Below, piece by piece: positions 47,197-58,835 of a DNA stretch of 64,000 nucleotides (position 1 is the first letter of the stretch; each line of letters starts with the position of its first letter). Made by a program: the position numbers and the translations under genes. Location of the stretch: NCBI RefSeq assembly GCF_006345805.1, contig NC_042997.1, forward strand, positions 86,180,001 through 86,244,000, written 5' to 3'. The stretch is from Octopus sinensis (lineage: Eukaryota). Under the pieces are notes generated by a model. That model was given only the letters and a program-made list of their open reading frames with translations. It did no database searches and was not told the DNA's origin.

Positions 47197-48225
47197 TTAA
47201 CTCTTTAGTATTTAAACCAGCTATATCCAGCTATAGCGGACTACCCAGTTTTTCTTATATAGTATAGCGAATATTTTCTGGTTAGTTTGTTTTCTGTTAA
47301 TGTAACGCTACTTTATTATGTTTCCTATTTGGAAATAGATAAATATATTTAGCTTTTTAAGTAGGGATATATAATGATAAAATCGTCACTTATAACTTAC
47401 TTATAAGTATTATCATTATACGTAAATCCTGACTCCAGCTACAAAAACGCCATAGCGAGAATTATACTTTCTGGAACGCTAATGGACATTAATCGTGCAT
47501 GTATGTTAAATATTAATAACTTTGTGTTCTTTTTACTGCTATAAAAAAATAGTTTCATAATTACAGAAACACATTCATTAATAAGTTGAAGAATGTGAAG
47601 AAAGAGAAAATAATTTCTACATTATTTTATTATATACATATAGCATTTTTAATATTTATATACATTTTGAAGAAAAGTAAATTTGTCGTAGAGAATTACG
47701 ACTTAATATTTTAGCTAACTAATTCCTCAGTCTAGCTATATTAAATCTCAGCAATTCAAACAAGTCTTGTTGGAGTTTTCATGGACATGGTATAAAGAAT
47801 AACCAATGTCTTAAAGGAGTGAGTGTCGAGGAGTTTAGTTACATCCCGCAAACACTAAAGTTTTTCCCAAAATCTAGAGTTTTTAGAACTGCTCAACTTG
47901 ACTTTAAAGAATCGAAATCACATAAAAATATTCTTTAACTAACTTTTAGAATTCCTATATGAGCAGTTATATTAACCAATGGAAAAACAACAATAATATT
48001 TCTTCGGCAATATGACATTACGTCATATTGCCAGCTACCACAAATTGGCGCTACTATTTGAAAATGGCTACACGCTACACAGCCAAAATATTCTACCTGT
48101 TTTATGTTCAAACAGGCCAAATCCAGCCTTTCACACCTGACATACAATGTTATTCAAAAAATAAACAATCAGATCACTGAAATCGCTAAGCTACAAGATA
48201 ATGCATGATTAATTCCATACAATGT
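47197..48225 (-). mobile_element. TTAA MITE split by an 848-bp insertion
   Basis: TTAACTCTTTAGTATTTAAACCAGCTATATCCAGC (47197-47231) continues as CAAAATATTCTACCTGTTTTATGTTCAAAC... after 48083, matching the reverse complement of the copies at 4672 and 13721. Confidence 0.85.
47232..48079. mobile_element. Non-autonomous element with T(A)TAGCG...CGCTACA ends and a 4-bp TSD (Ginger-like DNA transposon or solo LTR)
   Basis: TSD CAGC at 47228-47231 and 48080-48083; imperfect TIRs TATAGCGGACTACCCAGTTTTTCTTATATAGTATAGCG and (reverse complement) TGTAGCGTGTAGCCATTTTCAAATAGTAGCG. Confidence 0.75.
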
Positions 48226-48574
48226 ACCATATCATCGCCCATCACTACTAGCATTGTACAAATGTAAACAGCAAGTTTTCACTTCTTTCAAGACCAGCAG
48301 TATAAGTTGTAGGCTTTAAAAGAAAAAATAAATTCTAGCATCAATTAGTTTGACTGAACTCTTCAAGGCCACAGTCCAATGACTGAAACAAGAAAAGAAA
48401 AGATAAAGGAAAAAGACTCTGTGTGTGTGTGTGTGCGTATGTGTGCGCGTGCATGTGCGCCTACATATATATGTATTTAAGTGTATGTGCATGGCCACAG
48501 GATAAGGGCTGAAACATGTAAAAGAATTAAAAAAAGAATGTGTGTGTGTATGTGTATATATATATATATATCTG

Positions 48575-48768
48575 TGCAGGTGGCACGTAAAAAGCACCCA
48601 CTACACTCACGGAATGGTTGGCGTTAGGAAGGGCATCCAGCTGTAGAAACATTGCCAGATAAGACTGGAGCCTGGTGCAGCCTTCTGGCTTCCCAGATCC
48701 CCGGTCGAACCGTCCAACCCATGCTAGCATAGAGAACGGACGTTAAACGATGATGATGATGATGATGA
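48575..48768 (+). mobile_element. Young RTE-type tail element with a (GAT)n end
   Basis: GGTTGGCGTTAGGAAGGGCATCCAGCTGTAGAAAC...CGGACGTTAAACGATGATGATG; CpGs intact. Confidence 0.8.
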
Positions 48769-48789
48769 TATATATATATATATATATAC

Positions 48790-49232
48790 ATTCTTTTACT
48801 TGTTTCAGTCAGTTTACTGTAGCCATGCTGGAGCACCACCTTTAGTCAAACAAACTGACCCCAGAACTTATTCTTTGTAAGCCTAGTACTTATTCTAGCG
48901 GTCTCTTATGCTGAACTGCTAAGTTATGGGGATGTAAACACACCAACATCGGTTGTCAAGCGATGGTGGAGTAACAAACACAGACACATATACACATACA
49001 TACATACATACATACATACTTTATACATACACACATACATACATACATACATACATACATACATACATACATACATACATACATACATACAACAGGCTCC
49101 TTTCAGTTTCTGTCAAACAAATCCACTCACAAGGCTTTGATTGACCTGAGGCTATAATAGAAGACTCTGGCCCAAGGTGCCATGCAGTGGGACTGAACCT
49201 GGAACCATGTGGTTAGTAAGCAAGCTTCTTAC
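48790..49232 (-). mobile_element. SINE family A with an internal (CATA)n expansion
   Basis: Reverse complement of the family A pattern. Confidence 0.88.
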
Positions 49233-49861
49233 GACACACACACACGTATATGCTCACTGTTGCAAGACACATCCATATTCCACAAGACATATCATAATTA
49301 GTCTTAGAACATTATTTTTCACAAAACACTGTTTAAAAAATGTTCACATGAATTAAGGCCATGATTTCTTGATATAAAGGAAATATGTTTGATCTGAAAT
49401 TGTTGTAAGTCTTCGACTACAAAACATTCTCTTTTGAAAACCTTATCTCCGCAATCAGGAAACATAGAAAAGATACAATCCTACTGTGACCAACTGTATA
49501 GCGTTATCAGTGAGAATGGGTTACATATAAAACTTTCCAAAACAGATGTACCAAGAATCAGATATTATATAATTGATCTGCATGAAAATATCTTTTGAGA
49601 AAAAAAAAAATGCCCTACTTTTCTTGAATCAATGTCCTGAGAGCATACATATTCAGTAACAAGGAACATATGTACTCTACATGATACATCATTATTAGTC
49701 TTAGTGAGGCATTGTTTACCAAAATCTTCAGCAAATATTATGATAGATTAAGAGTTTATTTGAGGCTATGACATTAAGTCTATATGGTGAAAGAAAAAAG
49801 AGCAAGAATCAATTTGATATACAATATAAAGGAAATATGCATGATCTGATCATGTAGTAAT

Positions 49862-49872
49862 TCTCTCTCTCA

Positions 49873-49912
<40 letters not shown>

Positions 49913-49933
49913 CTCTCTCTCTCCCCCTCTCTC

Positions 49934-49968
<35 letters not shown>
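49862..49968. repeat. (CT)n polypyrimidine tract
   Basis: Directly visible in the sequence. Confidence 0.95.
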
Positions 49969-49972
<4 letters not shown>

Positions 49973-51979
49973 TTGTGTGCATACATGTCTTTATAATTAT
50001 TTAAGAGACTGTTTTCTGCTGTTCCAACCAACAGATCTTATCAAAAGATAAGGTCAAAGCTATTGAAATATAATCACTTAAATTATAAACAATATAACAA
50101 CTCTAGAGCAACATTTTGTGTTGAGTACTAACTTGAAAGAAGTCTGCTATATTTTTCTGCTATCAACAAAAAATATTGACTGTCAATGATCGATTGTATC
50201 AACCAACAGATTCCGTTAATTACGAAATGTCATAACCCCACTGTCCGATCAGCTATATTTAATTATTTGTCAAAATAATACTAAAACCATATATAAGCCA
50301 TTGCACTGTTCCAAAAGTTCACTTTGTCTGCTGATCAATTACATGAAACTCAGAGTAACAGCTTGTAAAGTTTTCCAGCTTTGATAAAGCACTACATTTT
50401 ACTCTACTTCTGGTGTTCAAGTACTATTCTCTCCACTTTCTTTTTCACTTATGTACTCACATGTGTCTATATATATATATATTTGATGGAGGGGGGGAGA
50501 ATATATGTTCACACACACTCATATATGTGGGAGTGGGTTTGTACATACATACGCATACATATATATATATATATATATATACTCACACACACAAAGACAC
50601 ACACAGATACAAACATAATATATAATAATATATAGATAGACGGTTAGATAGATGTATGCACATTGATAACTGATATGCTTCCTTCATGTAATAGGTTTAT
50701 GTTGGCAGCCAGTGGAGATAGGTCCAGGAAAATATTGATTTCATTCATAAATGCTGCTAAAAAGGATAAAAGCAGTTCACTGATTAATTACACAATTTTC
50801 ATTGATCAATTATTGATGCTCAGTTCAACATTATAAGCTGTGCTCATTTAATTGCTTCTGCCTCTCATGCTGTAGTAGTGGTGGTGGTGGTGGTTTTCTT
50901 TTCTTTTTCATTTTTCTTTGTTGCTGCATTCATTTGAGACATCAACGTGTCATCACTTTTGTAAGCCTGTAAATTGAGGAATAATTTAGCTGCTATTCTA
51001 GCAGGATGAGTTACCATGTAAGATTTCTCTCCTTTTTGTTGGGAGGGGTAGCACTGTGTGTTTATAGTATTGATTGATTGTTGCATATTATTGATTTGTG
51101 CCAGATAATCTCTGATTGAACAAAACTAAACCAAATCACACCCTGCCACCTTGAAAATGGAAGGAAGGGAATATTTGACAATGAAGTCACAGACATCTAT
51201 ATTAATAAATGTAAAATTCTGTCTCAGTCTGTATTTGCTCTACATAGACATATTATACCTTTTTGGAATCAGGATGATCCTGGAATTGAAAATATGCTCT
51301 TCATTTGGTTCTTGAACATCCAGCATTGGGATCAGATCTGGTGGAGGATGTTATACACCAACAGCTGAAAATTCAAATTTTGAAAGAACTCCAAAAATTT
51401 GTGAACTTACAAGTTTTTCTTTTAAACTGAATTTAATGTAAATCCATATAGGTAAGGTAATACCATATTGGTAAGGTACTAATAAATGCTTTATTATTAT
51501 TGCTCTCTTTAGTTTTGGGTTGCAGGCCCAATTAGCCCTCCACAGGAACTAGCTTAAAAGTCCGCACAATGTGTGGCTTTTAAGCAAGTACCAAGTAATG
51601 ATACTTGTGACTGGAACCTTTGATCATAGATCTACATGATCTTGATCAGGACTGACCTTTGGTTAAGCAATAATAGCTACACTTTTCTTTCTCTTTTACG
51701 TTTTGACTATAAGAAAATGTTTGGTCTGTTTCTGAGTGCCACTTGACCAGTTAGAAATCAAAGCCAAAGTCTCCCTGCAGCTTTGAGAAAGAAAAATGCA
51801 TAGTGGATACTGATGTGCCACAACCTCTAAGATGACAGGACAGTTTTTTTACAATGTTGTTGGTTCTTGATGTACTCAATTGGGATTGGTGGAGGTGTGT
51901 TATACATCTTGTATAGTTGTCTAATAGTGATAATGAGGTTACTGTAATTTTGTTGTTGATATAGAGTTAATATTATTGA

Positions 51980-52392
51980 TCTTTTATCTTTTTTGTTTTA
52001 GTCATTAGACTGTGGCCATGCTGGGGCACCACCTTAAAGGGTTTTAGCTGAACAATTTGACTCCAGGAGTTATTTATTTTTAAGCCTAGTTATTACTCTA
52101 TCAGTCTCTTGATGAACTGTTAAGTTACAGTGATGTAAACACACCAACACCAGTTGTTAAACGGTGGTAGGAGACAAGCACAGACACAAAGACACACACA
52201 TGTATATATATATATATATAATACATATATAGCATGGGCTTCTTTTAGTTTCCATCTATGAAATCTACTCACAAGGCTGTGGTTGGCCCAAGGCTATAGT
52301 AGAAGACACTTGCCCAAGGGGGCCACACAGTGGGACTGAACCCACAACTATGTGGTTAGGAAGCAAGTGTCTTACCACACAGCCATACCTGA
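51980..52392 (-). mobile_element. SINE family A
   Basis: Reverse complement of family A; nearly identical to 55598-55948. Confidence 0.9.
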
Positions 52393-52409
52393 AATGTATT
52401 CAAGAAATA

Positions 52410-52475
<66 letters not shown>

Positions 52476-53100
52476 CCTCTCCGCTCTCACACACACTTCT
52501 CTACTGCATTTCTGCCTTGTTGCATTTAACTCTTTCTCTGTCTCTATTGCTTATCCACTCAGTCCCTCTATCTCTATCTCTATGCTTTACATAAGTTGCT
52601 TATCAAGCAAGACTAGACAATTGTCTATTAGCTGGGTATCAGATAAGGTATCTTCTCTTCAATATATCTGACACTTGTTGCCATATTTAATTAGCTATTA
52701 AAAACATTCTTACTTCAAAGCTAAAATTAGTTCATTATCAGAATGTTATCATTATTACTTGTGTTATGAACTTCACCAAAGTTATTGATAACCATATCAC
52801 AGCAGATGAACTGTGGGAGAGCAATGTATGTATGTGTACACACACACCTACATACATAGTTAACTAAGAATCCATAAGTCAGGAAAAATATGCACTTGTA
52901 TATTTGTCGAAAGAGTGGGGATATTGATCAAAATATCAGCATTATAGATCCATTACAGCCAATCTTACCAGTCTGTTTCACACTGGATATTAGATAATTA
53001 GATTATCTAATAACTTTTAATAATCATCAGAGATGGTCAGTACAGAGAAAATGGTGACTGCTCTCAATAACTGGAGGTGAAGAAGTGTCACACCTGGTTT

Positions 53101-53720
53101 GTACATGCTGTGAAAAATAGAAACAAAATCACAGGAGGCAATCAAGGGAGGGATCCATCAAGAGTTATGACCCTTCCACAAAAAAAAACTTTAGTGAGTT
53201 AAGAAGCCAGCGAAAATGTGTATGAGGTGTATTTTGGAGGGATTGATATGTGTGTTGTGGTGTTTTTACAGGAGGGATAGGGTGGGTGCCTACCTTAACT
53301 GCAAAAACAAGATTTTCCACTCATGCCCACATGAAAGAAAGTATGTGATCACTAACCTTCAGGTTCCACCATATTTATAAATGTTAGGACCACCTTCACT
53401 GGTCCTTCCATCTTTACAAACTGAGAGTCTTGCAAAGTTTTGACCACACCAAACCACATGCACAGAGACACATATACACAAATGTAACCACGCATGAAGT
53501 TATTGGTTTGGGCACCCACCCAATCTTCACTCCAAAAACCCCACCTACACACATATCAGCTCCTTCAAAAATCACCTCTACACACATGTCAAACACACCC
53601 AACTTTTGCTGACCTCACAAATCACTCAAGGTTTTTTTTGCGTAAGGGTTATAACTTGTGATGTGTCCCTTTCTTGATTGCCTCCCACGACTGTGTTTCT
53701 TCTATTTTACAGCATTTCAA
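53101..53720. mobile_element. Fold-back element or MITE with ~190-210-bp imperfect inverted arms
   Basis: 53101-53290 (...GGAGGCAATCAAG...AGTTATGACCCTT...GATATGTGTGT...GGGTGGGTGCC) is the inverse of 53511-53720 (GGCACCCACCC...ACACACATATC...AAGGGTTATAACT...CTTGATTGCCTCC). Confidence 0.7.
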
Positions 53721-54554
53721 TACATTATTTATGTTTTTATTTTATGAATAAACCTTCTCTTCAAAATAATATTTGTTCTGTTTAATGTCTTATTAAAATC
53801 AGAGTGGCAAGAGTTGTCTATAAATATAAGCATAGATTTCACAATTTTTGGAAAATCAAATAATGGGTTCTGAAACAAAATAAGTTTGAGTGCTACTGCA
53901 CTAAGCCACTCACAATGTACATATCCAAGAATAAGATATCTGAAAATTATCAGAGTCAAACCAATCAGAATATAGCATAGATATAAGTATTGGATATATA
54001 TACTCTAAAGATGAGGTTAATAGTCTGTAAAATTATGATAATATTGACAAGTCATAACAGAGATTATTTAGATATTTTATTTGTGTGTGTGTGTGTATTA
54101 CTTGATATAGTGTTTGGGGGGAATAAGCAGAGCACAAACAATGAGAAACTGAGAGATGAAGGTGAAGTAAGTGCAGTCAGTAAATTTTTGAGAACAAACT
54201 CTGTTTGTTATAGTAATGCTGAGAGAGATAGGGAGGGGAGAGAGCAAGAGAGAAAGGATATCGGTTAGCAAGGAAATTGAAGATTTTCTATAAAGGAAGT
54301 TTCAGAAATGAGGCAGATGGCTGTCTTCTGAATGTGATTTAGAATTCGATAGTGGTGTAACTTTAGAAAACCATTAACTCTGTTGGTAACAAAGTGCTTC
54401 TTTCCCCAGTATAAATGGATACATACTACATCAGGTGTCTGCAAGAAGTGTCATTCTGTATAACAGGGTAACTTCAGTAATGAATGCAGAAGGTTTGCCA
54501 CAGCTGTAAGACATTCAAGTTGAGTATGCATCTCTCAGGTTCCCTCCCCATAGT

Positions 54555-54618
<64 letters not shown>

Positions 54619-54829
54619 CAAAACTGAGGCTTCCTGCAGTATTTATGTTTCATGTTTCCATTCTTTACAGCAATTATATTAACTTGTGCACACACAATAA
54701 ATTTCTGTTACAAATTAGATTCTTATAATATATATTGGAAATTATAATTTTTAAATCATTGTTTTTATTGTCTACATTATCATCACTATTTTCTTCTTTT
54801 TTTTTTTTATCCTTTTATTTTTGCCAGAG

Positions 54830-55110
54830 TTGGACAGGTCATTTCCAGCACAATGTCTTGTCATTTATTTCATTAGGTTCAGCCACCTAACATCGTCTTT
54901 CACTACTTTTCCCATGTCTTTCTCAGCCTTCTTTTTCTACAGATTCCTTCCACCATGATTATTTGGCATTTTCTTTACCAAACTATTCCCCTCTATACAT
55001 ATTAGTTGTCCATGCAAGTACAACCATCTCTTGTATGGATCAGTTGATTCCTCTTATACTCAGTACTTAAATTCAACATCCAAAGCAGCACAGTTACATT
55101 TCTAGATATA
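54830..55110 (-). mobile_element. Heavily decayed RTE LINE 3' fragment
   Basis: TTCACTACTTTTCCCATGTCTTTCT...GATTCCTTCCACC parallels 62850-62910, which encodes VEGTCGRG.PRKTW. Confidence 0.55.
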
Positions 55111-55597
55111 AACATTCAGATTAAAAGCAATGCATACATTACATCACTTTACACAAAAGATACAAACAAATGCATATACCTACATGGTGTTAGCAAATGC
55201 CCAAAACTCGGAGGAGAGAGAAATCAATAAATACAGGAGCCTGTCAGTTATTGTCAAGATATCAGGTGTTCTACAACCCTATACTATCAATTTCCTCCAC
55301 AAAATAGGAATAACAGCAGCTTGTTGGAGATATGAGACCCATGAGGTGGAGTAGCTGTTGCAGCGAGTGTCACTGGCCATTCTCCAGTGCAACACCATTG
55401 CGGTCATTACCACAAGGTACAGCTGATCACACCATTTGCTCTGGGGTATGTGGCACATTGCCCCCATTCCCCTCCGTCTTCTGCTGCTTTACCCCACTCC
55501 AATCTTTTTTATTTTTTTCCTTTTCTTTTCCTTTCTTATTTCTCTTTCCTGTCTTTTTGTATTTAAATGTTCTAATTAAAAAAAATCTTTAGAGCTT

Positions 55598-55948
55598 TCA
55601 GTCATTAGACTTTGGCCATGATGGGGCACCACCATAAAGGGTTTTAGCTGGACAATTTGACTCCAGGATTTATTTATTTTTAAGTCTAGTTATTACTCTA
55701 TCAGTCTCTTGATGAACTGCTAAGTTACAGTGATGTAAACACACCAACACCAGTTGTTAAACGGTGGTAGGAGACAAGCACAGACACAAGACACACACAC
55801 ACACACGTATATATATATAATACATATATACAATGGGCTTCTTTTAGTTTCCATCTATGAAATCTACTCACAAGGCTGTGGTTGGCCCAAGGCTATAGTA
55901 GAAGACACTTGCCCAAGGGGGCCACACAGTGGGACTGAACCCACAACA
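55598..55948 (-). mobile_element. SINE family A (near-copy of 51980-52392)
   Basis: Shares private variants with the copy at 51980-52392. Confidence 0.9.
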
Positions 55949-55959
55949 TAACTACAAAA

Positions 55960-56640
55960 TATCAGTGGTAAAAGTCACTATATTAGAGAGAATTTAGATT
56001 CTCTTCCACAAATGAAACACTAGATAAAGAAATCCACAGAATAAAACACTGAATCAAAACAAATATCCAAATAGGGTAGTAAACCAAGTTATTAATGAAT
56101 ATGGACAGAACTACAATGTAAGAAATAAATTCAACAATGCCCCAACTAAAAACATGCAGGTACAGAACAGACAAAGAAATAATCAAAAATCTCAGAGAAC
56201 AAAGCACAAAATTTGTTACATCTAACTGTAAGCAGACACTTGTGGTATATTGTAAAAATAATGAGATCAAAAGCCCTTTTATTAACATCATGCTGCAGCA
56301 TGTAAACCTGAGAACAAACTGAACATGACCCGTGTAACTGAGAAATTTTAATGGAAAAATTGAAGTTGCAAACTTCACAATTCCAAATGTTAGACTGACC
56401 AGATATGTACAATACTTTCTCATAGGCTAACTATCCAGTTAAAACATTAAAAAATTACAACACTGTTTTACATACCAGAAGACAAAACTTGATAGGAGAA
56501 TATTAACAGAAAATACTTCGATAATTTATTGAATTCTCCACAGACTATGAAAGCAATACCAATATTGCAACACAAAACTACAGTTAACATACAGCATACT
56601 GTACAAACACTTTCCAATACCCAAAGTCTTCCACAGTCTC
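55960..56640 (+). mobile_element. Decayed Penelope-like retroelement (RT thumb to GIY-YIG region)
   Basis: Frameshifted plus-strand pieces REFRFSSTNETLDKEIHRIK / NKYPNRVVNQVINEY match the PLE pattern RA..ICS....L..E...I...L..NGYP...I. Later pieces TILSHRLT, LDRRILTENTSII and AIPILQHKTTVNIQ match the GIY-YIG C-terminal pattern EA..I....P.LN.Q. Confidence 0.6.
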
Positions 56641-56927
56641 CTGTAATGCATTATAAACCACAGCCCATTTAGGCAACAAGCATACAGATTGTGACTTGTC
56701 TATCTGTGAAATCTATTCTCTGGTGGTAAACGTCAGTAGTTACAAGTGATGGTCTCCCACTACATAGTTTGTCTTCAATACAGGTTTCTATCTAGTAAAT
56801 TCATCCACAAGGCTAGAGTTGAAGACACCAAAGGTGTCACACAGTAGGACTGAACCTAAAACTACATAGATTCAAAGTGAGATTCTTAACAATACTGCAA
56901 TGCTTGCACTTTATATATATATGTATG

Positions 56928-56976
<49 letters not shown>

Positions 56977-58130
56977 TAAACACACACACAGATCAAATAT
57001 GTATGTTAACTAGTTGAATGCTAGCCTTTTTGATTTCTCTCTTCATCAAATGTAGCTCTTATTTAAAGAAAAGTAAAAGTTCTCTGTTGAAGAGACTTGA
57101 TTTTTTTAATGCATATTTTTTCCTCCTTTTTTCTGTTTTTATGTAAAGATATGCTTCTAAAGCATAATGAAATTCCTATATTTTTTTCTTGACACTTTTA
57201 TCTTTATCTACAGGCTACACCAATTTCCTTTTATCACCCTTTTTCTCTCCCATTCACTTCTCTGCCACTCCTCATCTTTCACTCACCTTTCACTTTACAG
57301 AAAACATTTTCGTCTCCCACCCTGCCATACTCCACTCCTGTCTCCGCTTCTTTCCCTTTTTACAGTTGTTCTTCTGTAACACATACATACATATAACATC
57401 CATTTAAATATAATTTTGCATGTACATCTATATATGCAAATGATTACATACAATATGCGCACACACACACACAAACACACATACACACACATAAATATAA
57501 CTGATGGAATTAATGTTCTTGGCACTGTTTTATTAATTAAGCACATTTTATCACATTCATTATTATGCAAATTATATGACCTCTGCATCATTTGATTAAT
57601 TAAACATGTTATCACCACATGCACTGTTATGCAAATCAGATGATCCTGTTCAGCAACATTTAAGTTTGTATACATAATAAATAGCTATAAGATTCTATAT
57701 AGTACTGTTATATCAGTTACTCCAGTACAACATTCTCACATAGGTTTATTATGCATAAGCTTATCACAAAAAGCAGCAATTGCAACACCTCACCACACCA
57801 CACAACACAGAACAAAGTAATTAATTAGACATTATGAGACAAAGCATCCATACTGTACAAAATTTCCCACAAAAGTAAATAATAATTGAAGCCTTGCTTA
57901 TAACATGGCACAATGTTAAATAACTGCATAGAAAACATACACTTGTCATGTAGTAAGCACATGACTGATGTTGTTAGAAATCTAATGGACAAACTTCAAA
58001 TTCCTATAATAATAACTACATGACATTTTTACACACACTAACAACACGTCACATTTTTAGGATGTGAAGTGTTGTGTGTGTGTGTGTGTGTATGTATGTA
58101 TGAATATGTATGTATGTGTGTGTGTATATA

Positions 58131-58460
58131 TCTGAGAGTCCCTTTGGTCACGACACAGACCATGGGATTGCATATAGAAAGTTACCCTCCCAGGCACAAG
58201 GTTGTTTATGGAAGACCAGCAGTCACCCATGCATACCAGCCTCCCCTCTCCATGTCACCAGTGTTATCCAAGGGAAAGGCAAGGGCTGGTACAGCTTGGC
58301 ACCTGTGACGTCACAACTCATTTCTACAGCTGAGTGAACTGGAGCAACGTGAAATAAAGTGCCTTGCTCAAGAACACAACACACAGCCTGGTCCAGGATT
58401 TGAACTCACAACCTCATGATCATAAGCTCGACTCTCTAACCACTGAGCCACGCACCTTCA
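58131..58460 (-). mobile_element. tRNA-derived SINE family C
   Basis: Reverse complement of 4237-4568; A box TGGCTCAGTGG. Confidence 0.88.
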
Positions 58461-58495
58461 CATGTGTGTGTGTATATATATTCATATACACACAC

Positions 58496-58568
<73 letters not shown>

Positions 58569-58599
58569 TTGTATATGTATATATAGACATGTACATGCA

Positions 58600-58835
58600 T
58601 ACACTTCAGACATGTGTACCCTTAACATAGTTCTCAGGGAGATTTCATCATGGTACAGAGTGTGATAAGACTTGCCCATTGAATTACAGGTGCTACTCAT
58701 TCTTTCCAGCTGAGTGAACAGGAGCAACAGAAAGTTAAGTGTCTTGCTCAAGAACACAGTGCACTGCTGGGAATTGAACTCACGACCTTAAGATTATGAG
58801 CCAAATACCCAAACCATTAGGCCACATGCCTTCAC
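58600..58835 (-). mobile_element. SINE family C variant with a different 3' half
   Basis: GTCTTGCTCAAGAACAC...GGGAATTGAACTCAC...AACCATTAGGCCACATGCC is the family C head; the distal part differs. Confidence 0.7.

Noticed and set aside
52966-53038. Minus-strand CTGATGA...TATTAGATAAT-CTA-ATTATCTAATA...GAAAC hairpin
   Set aside because: The palindrome is AT-only, the cleavage triplet reads GAC and the outer stem is poor; it is too eroded to call a ribozyme.
55983-56423. 146-aa hydrophobic minus-strand ORF
   Set aside because: It is the antisense shadow of the A-rich Penelope-like relic on the plus strand.
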